A DNA stretch of 64,000 bases from Octopus sinensis (taxonomy: Eukaryota), in assembly GCF_006345805.1 (NCBI RefSeq), contig NC_043005.1, forward strand, positions 6,696,001 through 6,760,000. Reading direction: 5' to 3'. Below, piece by piece: positions 48,815 through 60,955 of this stretch. A program made the position numbers and the translations under genes. The number at the start of each line of letters is the position of its first letter. Within the stretch, counting starts at the first letter, position 1. The notes beneath the pieces were generated by a model. It was not told where the DNA came from. It saw nothing but the letters and a program-made list of their open reading frames with translations, and ran no database searches.

Positions 48815-49405
48815 CACACATATCAACACACACACACACACGCACACACACACACACAGACACGCACACACACATGCACATACATACACACACTCACTCT
48901 CTCTCACACACACACATGCACACAAACACACACACATGCACCCACGCACACACACACACACAGACATGCACACACACATGCACACACACATGCACACACA
49001 TACACACACTCACTCTCTCTCACACACACACATGCACACAAACACACACACATGCACACACGCACACACACACGCACACACACACGCACACACACACACA
49101 CACACAGAGACACGCACACACATACACACACACACTCACTCTCTCTCACACACACACATGCACACACACACACACGCGCGCGCACACACAGACACAGACA
49201 CACACACACACGCACACACATACACACACACTCACTCTCTCTCACACACACACATGCACACAAACACACATGCACACACACATGCACACAAACACACACA
49301 CACATGCACACACACACACACACAGACATGCACACACATGCACACACACTCACTCTCTCTCACACACACACACATGCACACACACACACACACGCACACA
49401 CACAT
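48815..49405. repeat. Compound (CA)n array with recurring CACTCACTCTCTCT unit
   Basis: Direct reading. Confidence 0.93.
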
Positions 49406-49767
49406 TACAGTATGAAAGTTTTGTGCAGGCGTGTCTTAACCTTATGATACCAACTTGTCTGCTTTTATGAGACCAAATCTTTTGTTTTAAAGGGAAAATA
49501 TTTAAATTAAAATCTTCCATCCATAATCTTATCTAAGAAGCTTTATCTTAAGTTACGTTCCAAACACCAGGTTAATAATGACAACATTAGCTATTACGTG
49601 GTGAGGCTGGCAAAATGTTCAGAATATGGCAAATGCCTGATGGAGGGTATTCTCTTAAGAAAAACCATTACAAATATCTCATAATCTTCATAATCTCTTT
49701 ACTAACTTTTAGAAGAGAAACGAAAACATGTTTATTCTATAACTTAGCTCAGATTCCTGACTTGCTC

Positions 49768-49769
<2 letters not shown>

Positions 49770-49809
<40 letters not shown>

Positions 49810-49975
49810 TTATATATATATATATATATGACAAGCTTCTTTTTCTGTCTACCAAATCCACCAACAAGACTTGGGATGGCCCAGGACTATAGTAGAAGAC
49901 ACTTGCCCAAGGTGCCACACAGTGAGACTGAACCTGAAACCATATGTTTGGGGAGCTAGGTTCTTACCACATGGC
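49770..49975 (-). mobile_element. SINE family A, 5' half
   Basis: AGAAGACACTTGCCCAAGGTGCCAC motif on the top strand. Confidence 0.72.
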
Positions 49976-50100
49976 TATGTCTATCATAATATTCTGCCTG
50001 TATTATTTAGTTACAGCTTTTTAGATTTAGATCCAAGCAAAGCATTAATAAAATAAAGTACCAGTCAAGTACTAGGGTTGGTATGTATATATATATATAA

Positions 50101-50143
50101 AAATTAATCAAAGGACATACTTAGTATGTCCTTTGATTAATTT
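50101..50143. other. Perfect 21-bp-arm palindrome with 1-nt spacer
   Basis: AAATTAATCAAAGGACATACT-T-AGTATGTCCTTTGATTAATTT. Confidence 0.9.
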
Positions 50144-50330
50144 AAATCCTTCAGTTATTTAATGCATTTTTGGGGCCTGCAATTGCCTATATTATTGATT
50201 CTGTTATTATCATTTTTAAATTGTTACACTAGATAATAAGAGAGTCAATAATATCTTGGCAAATTATTTTTTTGTGAATTATTTTTCTTATGAATTATTT
50301 TTCTTATGAATTATTTTCTCTGTATTGATA

Positions 50331-50374
<44 letters not shown>

Positions 50375-50375
50375 A

Positions 50376-50422
<47 letters not shown>

Positions 50423-50741
50423 ATATATATATATAATATATATCTTATGTATGCAATCGATTGGACTGCATGGGTATTTATCGCCCGTGAGGGTCTAATA
50501 AATTGTATCAAAGACAAATGCTGCTGATGACTTATAGATAAATATGTGAGTATAATTGCATATTATATTGATAAAGAAACAATTGTTCAGCATTAATCTA
50601 TCTTTTCGTTGTATTTCACTTTCCTTACGTTGAAGGTAATGTTATTTCTTTTGTGAAAACAACTTCGGTGGCTATACCAGAATAAGGAGCTATTTCTAGC
50701 ACTAGAGTTAACCACTTAACGGTAACTCTCTTATATTTATG

Positions 50742-50774
<33 letters not shown>

Positions 50775-50809
50775 TCTATATATATATATATCTATATATA
50801 ATATATATA

Positions 50810-50867
<58 letters not shown>

Positions 50868-50954
50868 CCTATAATGCCTCCTAAATGGGAATGAAATTAA
50901 ATGAATGTGTGGAAGGGATTGATTGAGGTACCCAATTGCATGTGCACCCTCCCC

Positions 50955-51700
50955 CCCCACACACACACTGTAGAACTATAATGAACAAGAAGGGACCGAA
51001 GACTGACCTTTGATGGACTCCAACCATCATGCTAAATTCCTCAGGGAACTCATTGTTACCTCTCACTTTACTTACTGCATCTTTGAACATGGCTTTTACA
51101 AGTCATTTGTCAACATCTGATTTCTTGAGTGACTACCAGATTGCTGCATATGGTACTCTATCAAACACCTCCAGGTCAACAAAGGCCAAGGATAATGGTT
51201 TGATCTTAGCCAAGTATTTCACCTGCAGTTGCCTCACTAGGAAGACTGCATCTATAGTATCTCTTCCAGGTACAAAATCAAACTGCATCTCATCTAGATC
51301 TTTCCCCGTAGTAAAGCAATTGTGCTGCAAACCCTCTCTGTGACCTACGTGACCTAATCTAGTAATCTGATCCCTCTATAAGTACTTCTGTCAAAGGCAT
51401 CTCCTTTGCCTTTGTACTAGTGTACAATGGTACTGCTATGCCAGTATTGGGTATGACTCCCTCTTGTATAACTTGATTTACTAACCAAGTGGTAATCCTG
51501 TATCCCACCTCACTAGATATTTTGAGCGACTGTCTCTGATGGATCCACAATTTCCTTCCCTTCATGTCCTTGATTGCTTTACCTACTATTCTGCTGTCAA
51601 CTTGACTTGCCTTTCCCTCCGTAGGGTCAACATGAAGCAGTCTCTCTTTATCCCTTCCCTTCTCCACATTCAAAGCCACTCATAATAGTACTTCTATATC
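50955..51700 (-). pseudogene. Decayed RTE-clade reverse transcriptase fragment
   Basis: QFDFVPGRDTIDAVFLVRQLQ.KY...AFVDLE.FDRVP and VGVHQRSVFGPFLFIIVL across shifted frames. Confidence 0.8.
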
Positions 51701-51878
51701 ACTTTCTTGTCTTCCAATCAGTGGCAATTACCCCTTCATCATTCCAAATTCACTTCTCACCAATGGCATCTCGGTTCTCTCTCACACACCATCTTGCAGT
51801 TCTGAACACTTCATGCCTCTGATCTTCACATTGCAAGACATTTACAAATCTCTTCTTCATCCTTAGCCAAACATACCT

Positions 51879-52110
51879 ATTTCTTTACTATCCACAAGGG
51901 GCTAAATACAGAGAAGACAAACAAGGACAGACAAATGGATTAACTCGATTATATCGACTCCAGTGCGTAACTGGTACTTATTTAATTAACCCCGAAAGGA
52001 TGAAAGGCAAAGTCGACCTCGGTGGAATTTGAACTCAGAACGTAACAGCAGACAAAATACTGCTAAGCATTTCGCCCGGCGTGCTAACGATTCTGCCAGC
52101 TCGCCGCCTT
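51879..52110 (-). mobile_element. SINE family B (tail type 1) with 18-bp target-site duplication
   Basis: CCTTAGCCAAACATACCT at 51861-51878 and 52107-52124. Confidence 0.9.
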
Positions 52111-52574
52111 AGCCAAACATACCTGTCCCCTAACTGCTCTTCTAGCCTCTTGGTAATATTCCCTATTACCACCTTCTTTCCAGATTTTCCATGCCTGTCT
52201 GTCTACCTTTACTGCCCTATCAAATGTATTACATTGCTACCATGTTACTTTCAGCTTGGTCAGGACTTTGCTCTAACCATATGTGTGTTCTGGGGCCCAG
52301 AGCCAGTTATTTTATAGAAATTCCTAGTTTTCAGCTCTGCTACAGGTATCTTAATTTACCTCCCTACGTTTATGTTATTTAGAATCTCTCTAGATCTTTT
52401 CCCAATTGTAGAATCTTTTAGCTTCCATATCTTCCTTCTCCATATTGGCTTTTATCTCTGTTTCAGCCTAGGTTTAACTCTGAAGTCACCCACCATCTAC
52501 GTGTGTATGGATGGACAGAGGGACAGAAGGACATACATACATACGTACATGCATACATACATATATGTACGTAC

Positions 52575-53005
52575 ATAAATGTCTTTTATATTTTACTTGT
52601 TTCAGTTATTGAACTGCAACCATGCTGGAGTACCACCTTGAAGGGTTTAGCTGTGTTGGCGACGGTAGTTGAATCCATGTCCGAACGTGGGGAGGAGTGG
52701 GGGGGTCATCTGGAGTTATCTCCCCTGGTCACATCGTTAACAAAGAGGTAGCTCTCGTGAGATAGGGATAAAAAGACGGGCAGAGCCAAGAACGGTCTCT
52801 TTTGCTGACCAAGCGGCCTGCTGCTAACTGCATCGTCTCCCCCTCTGCTATTGGACTTGACCCCAATATTTACTTTCCTTTTTAGGTTTTGTACTTATTG
52901 TATCAGTTTCTCATGCTGAAACACTAAGTTATGGGGGACATAAGTAAACGAACACCAGTTATCAAGCAGTGGTGGGGACAAACACAGACTCAAAAACATA
53001 CACAC
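52575..53005 (-). mobile_element. SINE family A, 3' half, interrupted by a ~200-bp insert
   Basis: SINE A sequence at ~52575-52645 resumes at ~52855. Confidence 0.6.
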
Positions 53006-53099
53006 ACACGTCTGCCCTGAGGGAAAGACATTTGTTGCCAGTAGCAACAAAGAACTTTTTTCAATCCACACGCTTTCGTATACGTACGGAAAGCGTGTG

Positions 53100-53487
53100 T
53101 ATAAAATTTATAGAATTATTTTGTATGTTAATTGTTTAAATTATTTTCCATTGCTTTAGTTTTTTTTACACACGTAACAATTAAATTAATTTAACAATTA
53201 AGAAAGAAAAAATTTAGGGTTAGGGTTAGTGGGAGGGGGAGGGTTAGTTACAGGATGTTGTCTCAGTTTTAGACGCAGCAAATGATTTTAGCTCAAAAGA
53301 GAGCATAGGATTGGTTAAAATTCGAAAAATTAAACTACGTTAAACAAACGAATTACAAATTTATCAAGAAAGCCAAGTGAAAAATAATGTTTTCTTTTGA
53401 CACATTCTACCACTATACGAAGTTTTAAAGTGTTTAGTTAACTAGAAATTGTGTTGAAATCTGGCCTTCAAAAGGAAAAGATCCGTT
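53100..53487 (-). mobile_element. Unclassified DNA-transposon-like repeat starting CGGATCTTTTC and containing TTAGGG units
   Basis: About 105 nt are inversely similar to 54241-54345; TTAGGGTTAGGGTTAG near 53214-53230. Confidence 0.5.
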
Positions 53488-53745
53488 CTGCTCGTAGAGC
53501 ATTTGGAATGCAGCTTTTCAATTTCAAAAATCTCTCAATCATATGGAATGTGCTATTCCACCGAGTTCTGCAATCCAGTATAAGTTTATATTCTCTGTTA
53601 TCAAAGTTCGCTCGTACAAAATCTTGCAAAATTTCATTTTTTATAGGAGATTTACGGAAAAATTTTGAAATTTTTCTTACCTTATTTAAAACTTTGTTAA
53701 ATTCAGGTTTTAGCTGGGGTAAACAAGCATTTTCGTGAGCCAAAT
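53488..53745 (-). pseudogene. hAT-superfamily transposase fragment
   Basis: KVRKISKFFRKSP...LILDCRTRWNSTFHMIERFL carries the conserved TRWNS motif of hAT transposases. Confidence 0.8.
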
Positions 53746-54240
53746 CTGTTTGACAAAGTATGTCTTATTGGCTTACACCAGCTTCATCATCACTATCATC
53801 TGTTATGGCGATCGCTATCATCTGTTATGGCAATCGCTATCGTCCGTTATAGCGATATCTTCACTTTTTTTTATCAAAAAATTTAGTGTTACTTCCTTGA
53901 AATGAATCTGGAACTGGTTATTTATTACATATGCTCAACGGGGAAAGATCACCCGACTGAAGACTAACAGCATCCCCTTGACTTGCTATGAATAAACTCA
54001 GTTACCTGCAAATTCAAAGAGTCAGCCAGGGGTTAGCGAAGGAGATGACAAGGTGCTGATCTGAGGTTCAAGGGGAAAGAAGGTGAGAATTGGTATGTTG
54101 CGATATGTTTCAATGAAACAGACAGCACTCTCAACTAAAGGTGACCGACAACAGTTCAGTTAGTTCAGTTTCAACAATATTTCTCGAAAAGAAAAAAATG
54201 GAGAAATGTTTTGCAAAAAAAAACAAAAACAAAGAAATAG

Positions 54241-54357
54241 CGGATCTTTTCACTTTGACCGGAACATTTAAAAAATAGTTATTTGTAACTAAACACTTTT
54301 AAACTTCGTATACTGGTAGAATGTGTTACATAAAACATCTTTTACTGAAAAGATCCG
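54241..54357. mobile_element. 117-bp mini element with 12-bp TIRs
   Basis: CGGATCTTTTCA (54241-54252) with TGAAAAGATCCG (54346-54357). Confidence 0.6.
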
Positions 54358-54384
54358 AAACAGCAAGCCTTAAAATTGGTTTTG

Positions 54385-54437
54385 GCAAATCGGTTTCGGT
54401 TTTACTGATCATAATATAAAACCGGTTTCGAGGCCTA
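54385..54437 (-). mobile_element. Possible hAT terminus
   Basis: Reverse complement starts TAGGCCTCGAAACCGG and has repeated AAACCG subterminal motifs; lies upstream of the hAT fragment on the same strand. Confidence 0.35.
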
Positions 54438-54461
54438 AGCAGAAACAAGTTTATCCACATG

Positions 54462-54499
<38 letters not shown>

Positions 54500-54689
54500 C
54501 ACACACGCACACACATATTCATCAACCAATCAATGTAACCCATAAGGTCCTTGTCTCGGTGTGAGTGATTGACTTGAATTTTGGGAAAAACCTAAAATAA
54601 AATAATAAAAAAAAGCAAAAAAGGAACGAAAGAAAGAAAGACAGAAAACAAGGGAGAAAGAAAGAAAGAATATATAAAGGGATACTCTT

Positions 54690-55065
54690 TTACTTGTTTC
54701 AGGCATTTGACTGCGGCCATGCTGGAGCACCGCCTTTAGTCGAGGAAATCGACCCCAGGACTTATTCTTTGGAAGCCTAGTACTTACTCTATCAGTGTCT
54801 TTTGCCGAACCGCTAATTTACAGGGACATAAACATGCCAGCATCGGTTGTCAAGCGATGTTGGGGGGGGGGACAAACTCACACACACACACACACATATA
54901 TATACAACAGGCTTCTTTCAGTTTCCACCAACCAAATCCACTCACAAGGCTTTGGACAGCCCGAGGCTATAGAAGAAGACACTTGCTCAAGGTGCCACCC
55001 AGTGGGACTGAACACGGAACCATGTGGTTGGTAAGCAGGCTACTTACCACCCAGCCACTCGTACG
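54690..55065 (-). mobile_element. SINE family A
   Basis: Reverse complement of 45043-45420. Confidence 0.85.
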
Positions 55066-55139
55066 CCTATAGTCTACTTGAGAGGAATAAAACTAAGTCT
55101 ATTCATTTTATATTCCTATCGAAGAGAAATGTTAATACT

Positions 55140-55350
55140 GCTGGTAGAATCATTAGTATACTTGGCAAAATGCTTAGCAGCATTTCATCCTTCTTTATAT
55201 TATGAGATCAAATCCCACTCAGGTTGACTTTGCCTTTTATCCTCTCAGGGTTGATAAAATTAATATCGGTTGAGTACTTGGGTCAACATAATTGACTTAA
55301 CCCCTCTTCCAAAATTGGTGGCCTTGAGGCAAATTTTGAAATCAATATTG
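55140..55350 (+). mobile_element. SINE family B (tail type 2), degenerate
   Basis: TTGACTTTGCCTTTTATCC...GGCCTTGAGGCAAATTTTGAAATCAAT. Confidence 0.7.
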
Positions 55351-55764
55351 CTATTGACATGACCCCTAATGGTTGCTGTTACTGACGCCCATCTTTATTC
55401 ATTACCACTTAAACTAAATTACTATTATTACCATCACTGAATTGAGAAACTGATCTGTGCAAGATATGGCTCACCATTGGAGTTTATACAACTCAAATCA
55501 AGCAACAAAGTTGTAGGTTCAGTATGAAAAATACCTATGCACTGTTTCTCTCTCTCTCTCTCGCTTTTTCTCTCTCTCTCTCTCGCTTTTTCTCTCTCTC
55601 TCTCTTACACACAAACACACACATATACACACCAGAGACAACCAGATAAATATGTAATGTTTGCAAAGTGGAAAAAATTACTTCCCTTTAAGAAAAAGGA
55701 GTTTAACTATTTAATTGAATCATTTACTAGACCAATTTCCCTCCTTCACAATATTCAGCCACTG

Positions 55765-55975
55765 CATCCTTCAAAACTTCCATGCTTCCTGAGATTCGCC
55801 AACACCACACCTGATTTTCTCCCCTCCATACACACGCAAGCATGTATCTAACTCATACAATGTTCACTTTCCAGACATTTGTACATTACTGCATATGCTT
55901 TATACGCACTTTTGACAAGTTGTGTTGCACCTGAGCACTGTATACAATAATTTCATTATTATTATTATTATTATG
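55765..55975 (+). mobile_element. CR1 LINE 3'-end fragment
   Basis: Near-identical to 40535-40728 and ends in (ATT)n. Confidence 0.88.
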
Positions 55976-56407
55976 TCCTACAAATGACACTGCAAAAATT
56001 GAACAAGCTGAGTTATGATGTCCTCTCTCTTTCTCACCCAATTTCAGTGACAAACCAGCAGCTCAAAATACAGTTGAAGAATTCATTAATTCCAAGACTC
56101 TAGAATTCTATGCTACTGGAATAAATAGACTTGTTTCTTACAGGTAAAAATGTGTTGCTTCTCATGGCTGTTTCTTTGATTAATAAAACTTATTCTGAGC
56201 TGCGATATACTGTTTTAAAGCTGATGGTTTAATCAGCAATTATATATGCACAAAACTGATACTACATGGTAAACGATTACTACTACATGAACTTTACTGC
56301 TACTTGATCAATGATTATAGCTACATGACATGTACTACTACATGAAAGATGATTACAGCTACATGAACTGTATTGCTACATGACAGAACATTATTAACAA
56401 TATTTGT

Positions 56408-56625
56408 AAGGCGGTGAGCTGGCAAAATTGCTAGCATGCCAGGTAAAATGCTTCGCACTATTTCATTCATCTTAATGATCTGAGTTCAAATTCTGCTGAG
56501 GTCGACTTTGCCTTTCATCCTTTCAGAGTCGATAAAATAAGTACCAGTTGAGAACTGGAGCTGATAAAATCGACATAAATCTTCCTCTGAAATTATTGGC
56601 CTTGTGCCAAAATTTGAAACCAATA
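56408..56625 (+). mobile_element. SINE family B (tail type 2)
   Basis: AAGGCGGTGAGCTGGCA head; tail GGCCTTGTGCCAAAATTTGAAACCAAT. Confidence 0.83.
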
Positions 56626-56629
56626 TTTG

Positions 56630-57002
56630 TTTCTTTATTTCCCACAGGGGGCTAAACATAGAGAGGACAAACAAAGGGATTAAGTCGCTTACATTGACCC
56701 CAGTGTGTAACTGGTACTTATTTAATTGATTCCGAAAGGATGAAAGGCAAAGTCGACCTAGGCAGAATTTGAACTCAGAGCATAACGGCAGATGAAATAC
56801 CTATTTCTTTACTACCCACAAGGGGCTAAACACAGAGAGGTCAAACAAGGACAGACAAACAGATTAAGTTGATTATATCGACCCCAGTGCATAACTGGTA
56901 CTTATTTAATTGACCTCGAAAGGATGAAAGGCAAAGTCGACTTCGGTGGAATTTGAACTCAGAACGTAACGGCAGACGAAATACCATTATGCATTTCGCC
57001 CA
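56630..57002 (-). mobile_element. SINE family B tandem dimer (tail type 1)
   Basis: Two units joined at AAAGAAATA|GGTATTTC on the minus strand. Confidence 0.83.
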
Positions 57003-57784
57003 GTGTCAATATCAGTTTGCAAATGATTACAAACACACACACAGGAATATATATATATATATATATACTCTTAAAGATCATTATTGTTTAAATAAGAATT
57101 TTGTGGGGACCTTACAAGTGCTATATATGTTTGACAACATTTTGAATGCAAAGTACCTATCTACCTGATACCTATTTATCTACCTTTATACTTAAATATC
57201 ATCCCTCCCCACCTCATAAACACCCACAGTACCTACATAAAAACAGTTTTTAAAGCGTTAATTAATATTTTAATATTTGAGATTGTCATAGTATGAATCA
57301 TCAAATTACAATCAAGTACTTATTTCATTTGATCTGATTAAATGAAATTATGATGGTTAACATTATGTTTTAATTTCATGCTTATTTTCAACCAAATCTT
57401 TATTAAAAGCATTAACATATTACCATCTGGATCCGGCATTAAGTTACTATTTCTTATGAAACAGGATTTTCAGTTTGAATAATTTAAAAATATTTATTCC
57501 AATTTTATGAGGTTTTCATTTTATATTAATTGTAAAGGGTTTATTTCCGTTGTGCAGTGATGTAATAAGTAGATATTAGCAGAGATGTAATGAGTAGTTA
57601 TTAGCCAATAGGAACTATGCACAGAGATCATTACTTAGTTCCAATCTGCATAAAAATTTAAAAGAGAGGTTGCATAATTTAATGAAATTAGTCTCAAATA
57701 GTGAGTTTATTTCATTTAGTATTTACATTTATGTATTTTAGTAGGCATTTTTTAAATTTCATCTAAATTCTAATTATAATAATG

Positions 57785-57998
57785 GTTTCAAATTTTGGTA
57801 CAAGGCTAGCAATTTTCAGGGAGGTGGGTAAGTCAATTTACTTTGAACCCAATGTTCAACTGGTACTTATTTTACTGACACTAAAAGGATGAAAAGGGAA
57901 AGTCGACCTGACCGGAATTTGAACTCGGAACCCGAAGATTGACAAAATGTTGCTAAGCATTTTGCCTGCTGTGCTAACAATTCTGCCAACTCGCTGCC

Positions 57999-58000
<2 letters not shown>
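57785..58000 (-). mobile_element. SINE family B (tail type 2)
   Basis: GGTTTCAAATTTTGGTACAAGGCTAGC on the top strand plus the body motif. Confidence 0.78.
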
Positions 58001-58037
<37 letters not shown>

Positions 58038-58058
58038 GTAATAGTAATAGTAATAGTA

Positions 58059-58110
<52 letters not shown>
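58000..58110. repeat. (AAT)n/(AGT)n microsatellite
   Basis: Direct reading. Confidence 0.95.
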
Positions 58111-58113
<3 letters not shown>

Positions 58114-58255
58114 ATTCATTAGTACAACATCCCCACCCCCCAAATATATGGCACACTAGGCATAACAACATGAACTTCCAACCCTGTTGTCTCTTGAGGT
58201 CTCTGGGTGAGACTTGGAGCCAACTTGTACAAATATAAAGCAAAAGTCAAACATA

Positions 58256-58293
<38 letters not shown>

Positions 58294-58299
58294 TAATAA

Positions 58300-58766
58300 T
58301 AATAATGGGCTACAGCAAATATTCTGCTCAATACCACAGATCTGCTTGTCAGTTGTTTGACCTTAACCAGTTGAGCATGTCCCTTAGTGGCTGACGATAT
58401 GTGAATCTCTGATCAGGAGCAGAAGTAGTGGGGGAGCATCATAGCCATGTGTTGAGAGGGATTCTTTGGGGTTTGAATAATTCACCTCTGGAAACATGGG
58501 TGGTTCTTTCAACATCCTTAAACAATCCTTATTCAGAGACCTTTTGAGCGGGATGGGCTACTCAACCAGAAGAAAATTCTAACTGGGCCCCACCTGCAAG
58601 GTCATGTGCTGTTTATCTTGATATGAGATCACCATGTCGCACACATATGGTTGTGATGCATGTGCCTAGTGTACCTTTATCAGACGGGTAGTCATGATGG
58701 GTATACTGGGCTTCGTATATTTTACCCCAGTGTCACTTTGATGGCATGCACTGCCCTCTCACTCAA
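58300..58766 (+). mobile_element. Unclassified interspersed repeat (probable SINE or LINE 3' part)
   Basis: Its last ~100 nt recur inverted at ~59535-59650, where they end in (AAT)n. Confidence 0.55.
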
Positions 58767-59040
58767 TCATCATCATCATCATCATCATTTAACGTCCGCT
58801 TTCCATGCTAGCATGGGTTGGACGGTTCAACTGGGGTCTGGGGAGCCCGAAAGCTGCACCAGTCCAGTCAGATCTGGCAGTGTTTCTACAGCTGGATGCC
58901 CTTCCTAACGCCAACCACTCCGAGAGTGTAGTGGGTGATTTTATGTGCCACCGACACAGGTGCCAGACGAGGCTGGCAAACGGCCACGCTCGGATGGTGT
59001 TTTTTATGTGCCACTGACACAGGTGCCAGACGAGGCTGGC
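58767..59040 (-). mobile_element. RTE 3'UTR-derived repeat
   Basis: (CAT)n TTTAACGTCCGCTTTCCATGCTAGCATGGGTTGGACG. Confidence 0.82.
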
Positions 59041-59520
59041 AATAATAATAATAATAATAATAATAATGATTTTAATATTTAAATAATTCTATTTTTCCTA
59101 CTTTAAAATTTTTCTATCATAGTATTATTATCACTATAAATAATATAAAAGACAAATCCATGTTTAAATTGCTTCTTCAAATATTAGTATATTAGAGTGG
59201 ATATTACTTCATTAATAGTACATCTAAAACTATTTGTACTTATCGAAATAAAATATAAAATAACAAAAAAAAAATCTGATAGAAGTACTAAGTTTTAGTG
59301 TGAAGACTAAGAGACTGGCAGACAGAGCTTGTGGTGTCAACTTAAAATAGTTACGTCAGCTCTGGATGATCACGTCATGACTAAGTAAATTTGTACAAAT
59401 ATTTGGCTTAGAAAAATGTCAATGTAGAGTGGCAGGAAGTTGTAAAATATATATGATATCTCTGAGTGTGTGTGTGAGAGAGAGAAAAGTAGGAAAAATA
59501 AAATTATTTAAATATTAAAA

Positions 59521-59552
<32 letters not shown>

Positions 59553-59869
59553 GAGTGAGAGTGCAGTACATGCCATCAAAGTGACACTGGGGTAAAATAT
59601 ACGAAGCCCAGTATACCCATCATGACTACCCATCTGATAAAGGTACACTTGGATTTGGATGTTCCTATTTAATCTAAATAATTAGTTAATAAATTATATG
59701 AATTGGTATTATCTGGAAGTTGATGATTGAAAGAAATCTATTCCTCCATTTTCTTATTTTGTATATATATATATATATTATTATCACTATAAAGAATATA
59801 AAAGACAAATCCATGTTTAAATTGCTTCTTCATATATATATATACATATATATATATGTATATATATGA

Positions 59870-60072
59870 GGAGACCTATTGAGTCAAGTACATCAACATT
59901 AAAAAATCAAATGGAAATTGTAGTTGTGAGACCTGTGCCGGTGGCACGTAAAAAGCACCATCTGAACGTGGCCGTTGCCAGCCTTGCACATAAAAAGCAC
60001 CCACTACACTCACGGAGTGGTTGGTGTTAGGAAGGGCATCCAGCTGTAGAAACACTGCCAGATCAGACTGGA
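59870..60072 (+). mobile_element. RTE 3'UTR-derived fragment
   Basis: GTGGTTGGTGTTAGGAAGGGCATCCAGCTGTAGAAAC. Confidence 0.75.
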
Positions 60073-60078
60073 GCGTAG

Positions 60079-60113
<35 letters not shown>

Positions 60114-60117
<4 letters not shown>

Positions 60118-60290
60118 TAATCCAAACAAGAAAGCGCATAAAAACACAACAACTCGAGGACGTGGAACAAATATAGTATTATTGGACGTTCAGGAAAGAA
60201 GGAGGGTTTAACGTTTCAAGCGGAGCTCTTCGTCGGAAACATAGGAGAAGGAAAGATCCAGAGAAGGGAAGACAGAGGAAAAAAAATCGC
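60114..60290 (-). mobile_element. Solo PLE pseudo-LTR-like repeat with minimal hammerhead (60206-60240)
   Basis: Homologous to 9228-9400; GTTT-CCGACGA-A-GAGC-TCC-GCTT-GAAA-CGTT-AAAC. Confidence 0.6.
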
Positions 60291-60579
60291 TAATGGTACA
60301 CACGCGGTCACATTTTGAATATATATATATGTATATATATATATATACTATATATACTATATATAATAAAATATTAGGGAATAAATCCAAACTTACATGG
60401 AAAAATCAGATTTAGGATTAAATCCAATTTTATAGTATAAATATATTATATTATATTATATTAAATTAGAGATAAAACCACTATTAGGCAAATCAAACAA
60501 TGAAAAACATAAGCCAATACATAAAATTAATTCATTTATATTATTTTAAATATATATCAAAAGTATTAAAAGTTTAATA

Positions 60580-60617
<38 letters not shown>

Positions 60618-60651
60618 AGTGTGTATGTGGGTGTGTGTGTGTGTGTAAATA

Positions 60652-60955
60652 TAGTGGAGGCATAATGGCCCAGTGGTTAGGGCAGCGGACTTGAGGTCGT
60701 AGGATCGCGGTTTCGATTCCCAGACCGGCCGTTGTGAGTGTTTATTGAGCGAAAACATCTAAAGCTCCACGAGGCCCCGGCAGGTGGGGGGGGGGGATCC
60801 CCGCCGTACTCTTTCACCACAACTTTCTCTCTCTCTTTCTTCTGTTGGCCTGCTCGCTTAGCCAGCGGGGTGGCGTCATTTGAAGGCTAAAACAAAGCAA
60901 AGCACATTGTGACCAGCGATGTGTAGCAACATCTGATAGCCTGGTCGGTCACGTG
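60652..60955 (+). mobile_element. tRNA-derived SINE family E
   Basis: A-box TGGCCCAGTGG and B-box GGTTTCGATTCC, followed by a non-tRNA GC-rich body. Confidence 0.78.

Noticed and set aside
48577-49470. 297-aa ORF
   Set aside because: It spans a mariner MITE and a (CA)n array; low-complexity artefact. The same applies to the ORFs at 62516-63297.
53210-53250. TTAGGG repeats as a telomere or fusion scar
   Set aside because: Only 2-3 units, embedded in an interspersed repeat.
60652-60730. Functional tRNA gene (also SINE heads at 8645, 34771, 40936 and 45043)
   Set aside because: A/B boxes are present, but no complete cloverleaf or T-run terminator was seen and each continues into a SINE body.
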